From: an uncultured delta proteobacterium
GTDB lineage: Bacteria > Myxococcota_A > Polyangia > Polyangiales > Houyiibacteriaceae
DNA length: 64,000 bases
Direction of reading: 5' to 3'
Assembly: GCA_963699755.1 (NCBI GenBank)
Contig: CAVOVB010000002.1
Coordinates: forward strand, 128,001-192,000
Numbering within the stretch: the stretch's first letter is position 1; each line of letters begins with the position of its first letter. Shown here piece after piece: positions 50,558-59,837 of the stretch. A model generated the notes under the pieces. That model did no database searches, was not told the DNA's origin, and worked only from the letters and a program-made list of their open reading frames with translations. Both the position numbers and the translations under genes were made by a program.

Positions 50558-51963
50558 AGCGAGCACATGCACCGATTGCTCGAACGTACACGGGTGCCGC
50601 CTCGGCAGCGGGTCCACTGATTTTCGTCCGTTCCACAAGGCGCGCGAGGCTTGGCGAGTGGGTTCGCATCGGAGGCATCGGCCAGGAGGATCGACGGGGG
50701 CAGGTCATCGACGTCGGCGACGAGATCACCGTCATCCAGGTGTTCGAGGACACCCTTGGGCTCAAGCCTTCAGACGCTAGGATTACCTTGACCGGCGAGA
50801 CGGCAACGACGGTGGTCGGCCTGGACCTGCTCGGGCGAGCGCTCAGCGGCACCGGCGAACCGCTCGACGGGCTCCCACCGTCGATCGGCGAAGCCCGTCT
50901 TCCCATCTGGGGCGCTCCCATCAACCCAGTTCGAAGGCAACACCCGTCGGATTTCATCGAAACCGGAGTGTCGGCCATCGACGGAATGAACACCCTCGTA
51001 CGGGGCCAGAAGCTCCCGGTGTTTTCGGCGCCCGGCCTGCCGGGGGTGGAGCTTGCAGCCGACATCGTGGAGAACGCGCGGCCTGCTCGCGGAGAGCCCT
51101 TTGCAGTGGTGTTCGCCGCCATGGGGATCACCGAGCGCGAAACACAGTCGTTCGTATCCCGGTTTCGCGAGAGCGAGGTGATGGAGCGCACTGTGCTCTT
51201 CCTCAACCAGGCGAGCGACCCGACCATCGAGCGCCTGCTCACCCCGCGAGTTGCGCTGACGGCTGCCGAGCACCTCGCGTTCACGCACGGGATTCACGTT
51301 CTCGTCGTGATGGCTGACATCACCCACTACGCGGAGGCTCTTCGCGAAATCGCCGCCGCGCGCGAAGAGATTCCGGGACGGCGCGGGTATCCCGGCTACA
51401 TGTACACCGATCTGGCATCGCTGTTCGAGCGCGCCGGAGTTCTCAAGGGCGGCACCGGCTCGGTCACACAGTTGCCGGTCGTCTCTCTTCCCGATGGCGA
51501 CATGACCCATCCGATTCCCGATCTCACCGGATACATCACCGAGGGGCAAATCGTCTTGAGCCGCGAGCTGCATCAACGCGGCGTGTACCCGCCGATCGAC
51601 GTCCTCCCTTCGCTTTCCCGCTTGATGAACGCCGGCATCGGCGAGGGGCGGACCGTGCCAGAGCATCGCGAGTGGGCGAACCAGCTCTATGCGATTTACG
51701 CGCGAGGCCGCGAAGCAAAGCTCATGGCGGCGATCGTCGGGAGCGAAGGGCTCGCGCCGGGCGACCGACGCGCCCTCGACTTCGTCGACGCGTTCGAAAC
51801 GCAGCTCATCGATCAAAGTGGCGCGCGGCGCTCTTTGGCCGAGACGATCCGGGTTGGCTGGTCGCTCCTCGAGACACTGCCTCGCGACGAGCTCAGTCGC
51901 ATCTCGGAAGAGGCTTGGAAATCGCACACAGGCACCGTCAAGACTGGGGAGGCCCGGCAATGA
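50554..51963 (+). CDS. atpB: V/A-type ATP synthase subunit B
   Basis: RGQKLPVFS, PGRRGYPGYMYTDL, THPIPDLTGYITEGQI, LPSLSRLM. Confidence 0.96.
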   Translation: MKRAHAPIARTYTGAASAAGPLIFVRSTRRARLGEWVRIGGIGQEDRRGQVIDVGDEITVIQVFEDTLGLKPSDARITLTGETATTVVGLDLLGRALSGTGEPLDGLPPSIGEARLPIWGAPINPVRRQHPSDFIETGVSAIDGMNTLVRGQKLPVFSAPGLPGVELAADIVENARPARGEPFAVVFAAMGITERETQSFVSRFRESEVMERTVLFLNQASDPTIERLLTPRVALTAAEHLAFTHGIHVLVVMADITHYAEALREIAAAREEIPGRRGYPGYMYTDLASLFERAGVLKGGTGSVTQLPVVSLPDGDMTHPIPDLTGYITEGQIVLSRELHQRGVYPPIDVLPSLSRLMNAGIGEGRTVPEHREWANQLYAIYARGREAKLMAAIVGSEGLAPGDRRALDFVDAFETQLIDQSGARRSLAETIRVGWSLLETLPRDELSRISEEAWKSHTGTVKTGEARQ

Positions 51964-52595
51964 GCACGCGTTCGGTGCCGCCGACTCGCTCCGGGCTCGT
52001 TCGCGCGAGCGCGCAGCTTGGACGCGTGAAGAAAGGCCGCGAGCTCCTCAATCGCAAACGTGAAGCCTTGATCACGGAGCTCTTCAAGAGCGCGCGGCCG
52101 GCATTGAATGCTCGTCGAGAAGTCGAGGAGCGCGCCGGCAAGGCCTACGATGCGCTCCTCGACGCCTTAGCTGCACGCGGAGGAGCGAGCTTGCAAAGCG
52201 ATGCGTGGCCCGCCCGAGAGGTCGCGGTCGAGCTCGAACACAAGCTGATTTGGGGCATCGCCGTGCCTTCGGTCGTTTCACACAGCCCAATCCTGCGCAC
52301 CTTGACCGCCCGCGATACCGCCGCCGCCTCGATAGGCCCGGCAGCCGCACAGACCGCCACCGAGTTCGAGCGATTGGTCGAGCTGGTCCTCGACGCGCTT
52401 CCCAAGGAACAGCTGGTTCGACGCCTCGGCGACGCGCTTGCAAAGGCGACACGCCAAGTCAATACGCTTCAGCTGCGCGTCGAGCCGACGCTGACCGCGG
52501 AGCTGAGCTCTGTGAAACGAATGCTCGAGGAACGGGAGCGCGACGAGCGCTCGAGGTTGCGCCACGTGCTGCGCCGCCGAAAGAAGATGAGCTGA
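51960..52595 (+). CDS. atpD: V/A-type ATP synthase subunit D
   Basis: PTR..L, G.ELL.RKR.AL, R.VN.L, LEERERDE..RL; ATGA overlap. Confidence 0.9.
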   Translation: MSTRSVPPTRSGLVRASAQLGRVKKGRELLNRKREALITELFKSARPALNARREVEERAGKAYDALLDALAARGGASLQSDAWPAREVAVELEHKLIWGIAVPSVVSHSPILRTLTARDTAAASIGPAAAQTATEFERLVELVLDALPKEQLVRRLGDALAKATRQVNTLQLRVEPTLTAELSSVKRMLEERERDERSRLRHVLRRRKKMS

Positions 52596-52598
52596 CGC

Positions 52599-54137
52599 TC
52601 AGCGCGCTCGACGGCGCCGCCAATACCAGGCGCCGATTGCAAGGGCGATCAGGAGCCAAGCCGTATCGCGATCGGACGCACTCACGAGCCTGCAACTGCA
52701 ACCACTGGAGCTTTCGACTGGGTCGAGTGCAACCGCCGCTCGAAGCCAGACGTAGCTGCCGACGGTCAGCGGACCGAGCTCGTTGACGACCTGATGCCGA
52801 TAGCGATCTTCGCCCTCGGACGGCGCTTCGACGCTCATTTCGTGTGTGAACGGATCGCTGTCGATCGATAGCCTCTCCACCTCGGCCCCGTTCTTGATGA
52901 CCAGAAGGCTCTGGCCGATACCCCCGGTGACCCGCACCGAAAGACTCGTCTTGTCGGCGAAGACCGTGTCGCCAACGCGCTCGCCGCTCAGCTCGGTTTC
53001 GAGCATCGGGTCGTCGATACCGTTCACCTTGATGACCGTCCTTCCACTGCGAACTCCCTCGAGGATGGCGTCGACGCTGAGCTTCTCCGCGAACACCATG
53101 GTCGTCGGCGTTCCCATGGGAGCGTAGAAGATGCCGCTGCCCTGGCCGCCTTCGTGATCGTCGCTTCCGCCAAGCGCAGTCGCGTGCGAGCCCTCCGCGC
53201 AGATCTGCTCCCAAAATACGATCGAGTTCAAGATGCCGCCTTGCGCTTCGACGCCTTGGACCACGGCCGGGTCGACCTCCAGGTCCCAGAAGCAGCCGAT
53301 GCAGAAATCGCCGTTTGGCACGAATGGGTGGTCGATCGAGAAGATGGCGCCCTGTTCTTGAATCGCCTCGATGGCGCCATCGAGGGTGACGCCGCGCACA
53401 CCGATCTTCTGGTCGACCCATTGGAGCGCCCCGATCGCATGGGCATGCCCCGAATAGCTCGTCCACTCGAACCCCGGCACCATGAGAAGCGTCGGGAAGT
53501 CCTGCTGCAGGCTCCGGTAGAGCGTGAGCCCACTTTGGGTGTTGTGCTCGGAAAGCATGATGAAATCCAGGCCCAGCCCATCGGCGAACTCGAGCGCTTC
53601 GCGCATCTCGGGCCTGCCATCACTCTCCACCGTGTGCACGTGGAAGTCGCCGGCGTACCAACGAGCCTCCTCGTCGAGGACGCCCGGATCCTGGTAAGGC
53701 ATACGCGGCTGCGGATCCAAGGTCGCCTCGGTCCGCAAAATGATGCAGACGTCGTACTCGGCCGGAGTTTCGATGATCTTCGCCTTGCCGACGACGAGCT
53801 CCCAGGTGCCCGCCGGTATTGGCCCTGGAACGTAGCTCGGGGACGCAGCCTGGAGGCCCACGATCGCAGGGTTCTCAGGGCCGCTCTTCCCTCCGCCCCA
53901 GCCGCGGAATCCGTTCGGGTCGTCGAGCCCCCAATCGAGAATGTTCTCGGTCGAGAGGTCGTCGTGAATGACCTCGATTTCGACGATGCCTTGGGGGACT
54001 TCGAAGGGAACAAAGAAGTGCCTCTCCGGGCCATCGGGCACCATCCCCTGGATGCGCTTCGAACAGGGCTCTTGGGCGCGCGCGATGTTGGCGGCGAGAA
54101 CGAGGCCCAAGACGAAGCAGGCGAGATGAAACGGCAT
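52599..54137 (-). CDS. CehA/McbA-family PHP metallohydrolase with MYXO-CTERM
   Basis: WYAGDFHVHT..SDG, SEHN, G.EWT...GHA, DHP, GGSDDH; tail GCSC-TM-RRRR. Confidence 0.85.
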   Translation of the reverse strand: MPFHLACFVLGLVLAANIARAQEPCSKRIQGMVPDGPERHFFVPFEVPQGIVEIEVIHDDLSTENILDWGLDDPNGFRGWGGGKSGPENPAIVGLQAASPSYVPGPIPAGTWELVVGKAKIIETPAEYDVCIILRTEATLDPQPRMPYQDPGVLDEEARWYAGDFHVHTVESDGRPEMREALEFADGLGLDFIMLSEHNTQSGLTLYRSLQQDFPTLLMVPGFEWTSYSGHAHAIGALQWVDQKIGVRGVTLDGAIEAIQEQGAIFSIDHPFVPNGDFCIGCFWDLEVDPAVVQGVEAQGGILNSIVFWEQICAEGSHATALGGSDDHEGGQGSGIFYAPMGTPTTMVFAEKLSVDAILEGVRSGRTVIKVNGIDDPMLETELSGERVGDTVFADKTSLSVRVTGGIGQSLLVIKNGAEVERLSIDSDPFTHEMSVEAPSEGEDRYRHQVVNELGPLTVGSYVWLRAAVALDPVESSSGCSCRLVSASDRDTAWLLIALAIGAWYWRRRRAR

Positions 54138-54222
54138 CGGAGCGCATTGGAACGCAGATCGGGGGCGGCATCAAGCACTAAGGAAGGGGCGTCCCGTGCC
54201 GAGACGATGCTAGGCTCGTGTC

Positions 54223-55002
54223 GTGACACCGGTGCTCGATCTTCACGTCGAAACCTTCACCCGCGACGGCGTCGACATCCTGCGGGACATCGAGTGGCAG
54301 GTGATGCCGGCCGACCACTGGGTGGTTCTCGGAGCGAACGGCGCCGGCAAGAGCTCTCTTCTTTCCATCGTCGCCGGCTACGAATGGCCGAGCAGGGGTC
54401 GCGTCGCGGTACTCGGGGAGACCTATGGCGAATGCGACATGCGGGCCCTCAAGGAGCGGATCGGCTGGGCCAGCTCGGCGCTCTTCGCGTGGCTCCCCGC
54501 CCGCCAAAGCGCCCGACAAGTGGCAGCTACGGGCATCCATGCCACGATCGGCAACTGGCACGAGTTGAGCGCCCAAGACCTCATCCGAGCGGACGACGCT
54601 CTTCGCACCATCGGCGCCTACGCATTTCGCAACAAGCGCTACGGTGTTTTGTCGCAGGGCGAGAAGCAGCGAGTCATGATCGCGCGCTCGCTGATCACCA
54701 AGCCTGCGCTTCTCATCCTCGACGAGCCCTGCGCCGGCCTGGATCCTGGCGCCCGCGAACGCCTCATCCGTGACGTGGATCGCCTCTGCGCAAAGCGTAA
54801 CGGCCCGACGCTGATCCTAGTCAGCCACCACGTCGAGGAGATCCCAGCTCAGGCCACCCACGCCTTGCTCCTCAAGGAAGGCGGCGTCCTGGCGTCCGGT
54901 CCGCTCGGAGAAGTGCTGACCGACGAACTGCTGACAGAGCTGTACGAGTACCCGTGCAAGATTGGAGCAACCGAGGGTCGCTACTGGCTACACGGTCGCT
55001 GA
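54223..55002 (+). CDS. ABC transporter ATP-binding protein (ModF/YlmA-like, orphan)
   Basis: GANGAGKS, LSQGEKQR, LILDEP, SHH. Confidence 0.9.
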   Translation: MTPVLDLHVETFTRDGVDILRDIEWQVMPADHWVVLGANGAGKSSLLSIVAGYEWPSRGRVAVLGETYGECDMRALKERIGWASSALFAWLPARQSARQVAATGIHATIGNWHELSAQDLIRADDALRTIGAYAFRNKRYGVLSQGEKQRVMIARSLITKPALLILDEPCAGLDPGARERLIRDVDRLCAKRNGPTLILVSHHVEEIPAQATHALLLKEGGVLASGPLGEVLTDELLTELYEYPCKIGATEGRYWLHGR

Positions 55003-55014
55003 CACGGCACTGGG

Positions 55015-55428
55015 CTACTTCAGCAGCCCCTTACCCGGCACAAAATTGATCTCCAGACGGATCCCATCCGGGTCCTCGAACAGAATCGAGTAGTAGCCCG
55101 GAGCCCAAATGGCTTCTTCGGGGCCGTGAATGATCGTGGCGCCCAGGCTCTTCACGAGCTCGTGAGCCTCATCGACGTCTTCGCGGCTGCGGGCGCGAAA
55201 GCAGATGTGGTGGAGGCCGACTCGGTGTTGGTCGAAGCGCTCGCCGCGGTGCTCTTGGGGCGCCTCGCGGATCGCAAAGCCGGTACGGCCGCCGACGCAA
55301 TAGTACGTTCCCGGGATGTCCATGACGTTCTTCATGCCAAGGAAGGGCAGAAGCTGGCGATAGAAGGCCCGAGCCCGGTCGAAATCTCCCACGGTGACGA
55401 AGGTGTGAGCGATTCCGTTGATTTCCAT
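55015..55428 (-). CDS. VOC/glyoxalase family protein
   Basis: GIAH, GLHHICF, YY..FEDPDGIRLE. Confidence 0.9.
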   Translation of the reverse strand: MEINGIAHTFVTVGDFDRARAFYRQLLPFLGMKNVMDIPGTYYCVGGRTGFAIREAPQEHRGERFDQHRVGLHHICFRARSREDVDEAHELVKSLGATIIHGPEEAIWAPGYYSILFEDPDGIRLEINFVPGKGLLK

Positions 55429-55441
55429 GACGCCCTCCCCC

Positions 55442-56650
55442 TCAGCGAAGCTCCGACGAGCGCTTCCCGAGCAGCCGGCGGGCGACGATCAGCAACTGAA
55501 TCTGCTGGGTGCCCTCGAAGATATCGAGGATCTTGGAATCACGCGCCCACTTCTCGAGAAGCTCGCCTTCGGAGTAGCCGAGCCCGCCGCAAAGCTCGAC
55601 ACAGCGCAAGGTGATTTGATTGCCGACCCGAGCAGCCTTGGCCTTCGACATCGAGGACTCGGTCGAATTCGGAATCCCGTTGTCCGCCATCCATGCGGCC
55701 TTGAGCATGAGCAAACGGCCCGCTTCCCAGTCCGCCTCCATGCGAATCAGCTCGGCTTCGGCGGCGCTCTTCGCAAAGAGCGGACCACGGTAACGCACCT
55801 CGACCCCTTCCTCTTCGAGGAGCTTCCTGGTGTGCTCGAGCGCTGCGCGGGCCACGCCGACCGCCATGCCCGCCACGATGGGGCGCGTGTTGTCGAAGGT
55901 CTGCATCACCCCGCCGAAGCCCGCCTTGGTGTCGATGTCGGGAGTGCCGAGAAGGTTTTCTTTCGGAATGCGGCAGTCGGTCAGTGTGATGCTCGCGGTA
56001 TCCGACGCGCGGATACCCAGCTTCTTGTCGAGACGGACCACTTCCATTCCAGGCGTCCCGTGCGGCACCACGAACGACTTGATCGCCGCACGCCCTAGAT
56101 TCCGGTCGAGGGTCGCCCAAACGACGACCGAGTCTGCCCGGCTCCCCGCCGTCACGTAGATCTTTTCGCCGTTGAGCACCCACTCGTCGCCGTCGAGCCG
56201 GGCAGTCGTACGGATGTTCGCCGAGTCCGAGCCTGCACCCGGTTCCGTGATCGCCATGGCCGCCCAAACGCCATCGAAGCGCTTCTGTTGTTCCGCGTCG
56301 GCGACGGCCGCGATCGCGGCGTTGCCCAATCCTTGGCGCGGAATGGAAAGCGCCAAGCCCACGTCGCCCCAGCAGAGCTCGGTCAGTCCGAGACAGGTCG
56401 ACATGTTGCCGCCGTTGCGGACACCTTCGTCCGTGCTCTGTTCGCGATGAAGCGCATCAGCACCCGCGCCCTTTTGGCCGCCACCGGCGCTCAAGCCGTC
56501 CATCAGGGCGGCGAGCATGTCGAGCTCCTTCGGATACTCGTGCTCGGCGCGATCGTACTTGCGCGAAATCGGACGAAAGATGTGCTTCGCAACCTGATGC
56601 GCCTGGTTGACGATGGGCTTGAGGTGTCTTGGAACTTCCAAATAGATCAT
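55442..56650 (-). CDS. Acyl-CoA dehydrogenase (FadE23-like)
   Basis: RPISRKYD.AEH.YPKELD, AITEP..GSD, KILDIFEGTQQIQ. Confidence 0.92.
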   Translation of the reverse strand: MIYLEVPRHLKPIVNQAHQVAKHIFRPISRKYDRAEHEYPKELDMLAALMDGLSAGGGQKGAGADALHREQSTDEGVRNGGNMSTCLGLTELCWGDVGLALSIPRQGLGNAAIAAVADAEQQKRFDGVWAAMAITEPGAGSDSANIRTTARLDGDEWVLNGEKIYVTAGSRADSVVVWATLDRNLGRAAIKSFVVPHGTPGMEVVRLDKKLGIRASDTASITLTDCRIPKENLLGTPDIDTKAGFGGVMQTFDNTRPIVAGMAVGVARAALEHTRKLLEEEGVEVRYRGPLFAKSAAEAELIRMEADWEAGRLLMLKAAWMADNGIPNSTESSMSKAKAARVGNQITLRCVELCGGLGYSEGELLEKWARDSKILDIFEGTQQIQLLIVARRLLGKRSSELR

Positions 56651-56659
56651 CTGAACCCC

Positions 56660-57985
56660 TCAGAGCAACAGGTTGCCATCCATCACGCCGATAGCGCGGA
56701 GCTGTCGATACCAAAGCTCGACCGGGTGGTCCTTGATGAAGCCTGCGCCGCCGAGCAGCTGAACCCCATTGGTTCCGATCTCCATTGCCTTCTCAGAGCA
56801 AAGCGTGCGCGCAAGATACGCCTCGCGCTGGAACCTGAGACCCGCGTCGATGCGCCCCGCTGCTCGATACACCAACATCCGCATGGACTCGATTTCGATC
56901 GCGATGTCCGCAACCATGAACGCAACGGCTTGGCGATGGGAAATCGGCTCTCCAAACGCCAACCGTTCGTTGCAGTACGGAATCACATAGTCCAGCAGCG
57001 CCTGTGCGGTTCCGATCGCCATCGCACCCCAGGCGACGCGCCCGCGATTCACAGCGTCTTCATAGGCTGCCTTGCCCTCCGCCTTCAGGGCCCCTTCACC
57101 GCCAAGCAGCCCTTCGGCAGCAACCCGGACCTTGTCGAGCTTCAAGCGACCGAGGCTTGCTGAGCGTAAGCCCATGGCTGGCTCGTCGAGAACCTCGACC
57201 CCGACAGCATCGCGCTCGACCAAGAAGAAGCGAGGGCCGACCTTGGGAATCTCGGCCCCGACCAGAAACCACTTCGCACGGTCGGCCAGAGCTACCATCG
57301 ACTTCTCACCATTGAGCACGTAGTCCGGGCCTCGCTTCTTCGCAGTGGCTCGGACGGCAAGCGGATCGAAGAAGGGATGAGGCTCTACGACAGCCAAGGT
57401 CGCGCTGCTCGCGTGCCCTTCGAGAAACGACGGCAGTAAGCTTGCCTGCTGCTCTTCGGTCCCCCAATGAACCAGCGCGTTGACGAAGGACAAAGGAGAG
57501 AGCGCGGCGTACGCCAAGCCCATGTCACCGCGCGCAAGATCCTCCACGATGAGCATCTGAGACACAGCCGAGACCCGCTCGGCCGCGCCACCGAGCACCT
57601 CGGGCACCGCCATCGCAATCGCGCCGAGCTCGCCGAAGGTCTCGAGAAGCGCGTCGGGCACAGCGGAACGATCATCGGCTTCTCGCGCCGCTGGCTGCAT
57701 CACGTCGTCGGCAAACCGTCTGAGCGTATCCCGCATCAGCTGCTGTTCCTCGCTCAAGCTCAAGTCGAACTTCTTCGAGCTTCGCGGGTGGTCGTGACGG
57801 CGCTTCGAGGAAAACCGTTTTGCAGCTCTCGCGGCGGTCTCGGCCGCACGCTTGGCGCCTTCGTACACGAGCTTCTGAGCTCGATCCTCGAGCCCGAGTC
57901 GTTCGACGAGCGGCGAGTCGACGACCCGGCTAAGCATGCGCAGGCCGCTGCCCATCACGTCGTTCATGAGCTTCTCGTTGTCCAC
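56660..57985 (-). CDS. Acyl-CoA dehydrogenase (FadE24-like partner subunit)
   Basis: FDLSLSEEQ, GDMGLA, ER.AFGEPISHRQAVAF, GVQLLGG.GF..DHPVE.WYR.LRA; short C-terminus lacking the IxEGT motif. Confidence 0.88.
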   Translation of the reverse strand: MDNEKLMNDVMGSGLRMLSRVVDSPLVERLGLEDRAQKLVYEGAKRAAETAARAAKRFSSKRRHDHPRSSKKFDLSLSEEQQLMRDTLRRFADDVMQPAAREADDRSAVPDALLETFGELGAIAMAVPEVLGGAAERVSAVSQMLIVEDLARGDMGLAYAALSPLSFVNALVHWGTEEQQASLLPSFLEGHASSATLAVVEPHPFFDPLAVRATAKKRGPDYVLNGEKSMVALADRAKWFLVGAEIPKVGPRFFLVERDAVGVEVLDEPAMGLRSASLGRLKLDKVRVAAEGLLGGEGALKAEGKAAYEDAVNRGRVAWGAMAIGTAQALLDYVIPYCNERLAFGEPISHRQAVAFMVADIAIEIESMRMLVYRAAGRIDAGLRFQREAYLARTLCSEKAMEIGTNGVQLLGGAGFIKDHPVELWYRQLRAIGVMDGNLLL

Positions 57986-58111
57986 CGAGGAAGGCTGATC
58001 CGCGTCTTAACGGCGGTCAATGAGCTCCGTTGGGGTCGGCCTTCTCGCGTATCAGCCTCCCGAGGTCCTTCTTCCACTTGAATTCACGCACTACTGGGCC
58101 AAATTAGGACT

Positions 58112-59398
58112 ATGGGGTTAAGAATCTTCTTGGTCTGTGCGGTCCTCGTGGCCGCGTGCGGGGAGTCGGGGAGCAGTACAGGCGCCGGCGGCGACGCGGG
58201 TTCGGCGGGGATGGCTGGTGCAGGAGGCATGGTTGGCTCGGGCGGCATGGTTGGCTCGGGCGGGACGCTTGGCTCGGGCGGGACGCTTGGCTCGGGCGGG
58301 ACGCTTGGCTCGGGCGGGACGCTTGGCTCGGGCGGCGTTGGCGGGGGGAGCGGGGCCCCAGCTTTGAACGTCACGCCCTACATCTCCGGTCTCGACAACC
58401 CCTGGGACATCGCTTGGCTTCCGAATGGAACGGTGCTGGTCACCGAGAGGCCTGGTCGACTCAACGTGTACGTCAACGGCGTGGACGCAGCTCCGTTCAT
58501 CATCGCCCCGACAGACCTCGTCGCAAACAGCGAGGGCGGGTTGTTGGGCCTCGAGGTCGATCCCGACTTCGCGAACAACGGCTATGTCTACGTCTGCATG
58601 GCCTCGAACGCAGACATGTCCACCGACGTGCGCCTGGTCCGCTACGAGCTTGAGAGACCCAATGGCGATGCCTTGATCGCGCGTGCCGACATCGTGACCG
58701 GGATGCCGTACAGCTCGGGAAGACACAGCGGGTGTCGGCCTCGCTTCGGACCCTACGGCTACCTTTGGGTCGGCACTGGGGACGCCGCAATCGGGACGAC
58801 ACCCCAGGACGACAACTCCCTCGGCGGGAAAGTGCTTCGAATCGATCGAAACGGCAACGCTGCACCCGGCAACCCGGGCGGCTACAAGTGGTTTTCCAAA
58901 GGCCATCGCAACGTTCAAGGCGTGGCTTTTCGCGCCTCGGACAATCTGGGCGTCTCGGCCGAGCATGGGCCTTCGCGGGATGACGAAATCAATCTCCTGG
59001 TGGCGGGCAACTTCGGCTGGGACCCGGCGCCAGCGGGCGGGGGCCCAGGCTACAACGAATCGGTTCCGATGACCGATATCGCGGCGTTTCCAGATGCGGT
59101 CGAGGCGATTTGGTCGAGCGGTGTGCCTACGCTTGCCCTCTCGGGCGCGACCTTCCTCGAGGGAAGCGCATGGGGCAACTGGGACGGGGTACTTGCCGTC
59201 GCGACCCTCAAAGCGACGCACATTCACATCTACTTCGTAGGCACCCAAGGTGAGGTCACCGACGATTTTCGCGTGATCGAGAACGAAGGACGTCTTCGCT
59301 CGCCGCGACAAGGCCCCGACGGCCTCCTCTACATCACCAACGATGGCAGCGGCGCCGGTGGCCAAGTGCTTCAGGTGACCCCCGTCACCTCACCTTAG
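58112..59398 (+). CDS. PQQ-dependent sugar (glucose/sorbosone) dehydrogenase-like lipoprotein
   Basis: VAAC lipobox, PWDIAWLP.G, TERPGR, GGLLG, H.G.R..FGP, GHRNVQG, EHGP..DDEIN. Confidence 0.88.
   Translation: MGLRIFLVCAVLVAACGESGSSTGAGGDAGSAGMAGAGGMVGSGGMVGSGGTLGSGGTLGSGGTLGSGGTLGSGGVGGGSGAPALNVTPYISGLDNPWDIAWLPNGTVLVTERPGRLNVYVNGVDAAPFIIAPTDLVANSEGGLLGLEVDPDFANNGYVYVCMASNADMSTDVRLVRYELERPNGDALIARADIVTGMPYSSGRHSGCRPRFGPYGYLWVGTGDAAIGTTPQDDNSLGGKVLRIDRNGNAAPGNPGGYKWFSKGHRNVQGVAFRASDNLGVSAEHGPSRDDEINLLVAGNFGWDPAPAGGGPGYNESVPMTDIAAFPDAVEAIWSSGVPTLALSGATFLEGSAWGNWDGVLAVATLKATHIHIYFVGTQGEVTDDFRVIENEGRLRSPRQGPDGLLYITNDGSGAGGQVLQVTPVTSP
58226..58333 (+). repeat. In-frame 18-bp tandem repeat, 6 copies
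   Basis: 2 x GGCATGGTTGGCTCGGGC followed by 4 x GGGACGCTTGGCTCGGGC, encoding G(M/T)(V/L)GSG. Confidence 0.95.
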
Positions 59399-59778
59399 AT
59401 CGAAAGCAGCCGCCCTACGCGCCGATACTTCCCGTTGAACATGTCGATCCACTCTTCGAGCTTGTCGAGCTCGTCCGTTTCCAGCCCTTCGATGTCTCCG
59501 GTGAAAAGCTCGGCGTCGAACGACACCTTGGCAAGCGCGCGCGTACAGTCCTTGCCGGCAAACATTTCGTAGGGGCCGCCGGGGCCATAGAAGTCCCGAC
59601 CGCGCGTCACGTCGTACACTTGGCCTCGGATGGCGATGAGGAGAGGCTTGTCCGGATCGGAGCCATCATAACGGGCGAGCTCCGAAAGCGAGTAGTCACG
59701 CTCCTCGGCTTCGGGCAGCGGCACTTCTTGTGGCGACCGCTTTCCCAACAAGCTAGCGATGAGACGGCGCAGACCCAT
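59395..59778 (-). CDS. Cytochrome b5-like heme/steroid-binding protein, MAPR (PGRMC1/Dap1/neudesin)-like
   Basis: EL.RYDGSD..KPLLIAIRGQVYDVTRGRDFYGPGGPYEMFAGKDCTRALAK...W...F..KY..VGRLL. Confidence 0.9.
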   Translation of the reverse strand: MGLRRLIASLLGKRSPQEVPLPEAEERDYSLSELARYDGSDPDKPLLIAIRGQVYDVTRGRDFYGPGGPYEMFAGKDCTRALAKVSFDAELFTGDIEGLETDELDKLEEWIDMFNGKYRRVGRLLSI

Positions 59779-59837
59779 GCCCGAGACCTACGACGAACCC
59801 AGCTCGGGGACAATCGGTCTTCGGCGTAGAGCCGCGG

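Noticed and set aside
58226..58333. Regular repeats considered as a CRISPR array
   Set aside because: Contiguous 18-bp units with no spacers, in frame within a CDS; no cas genes.
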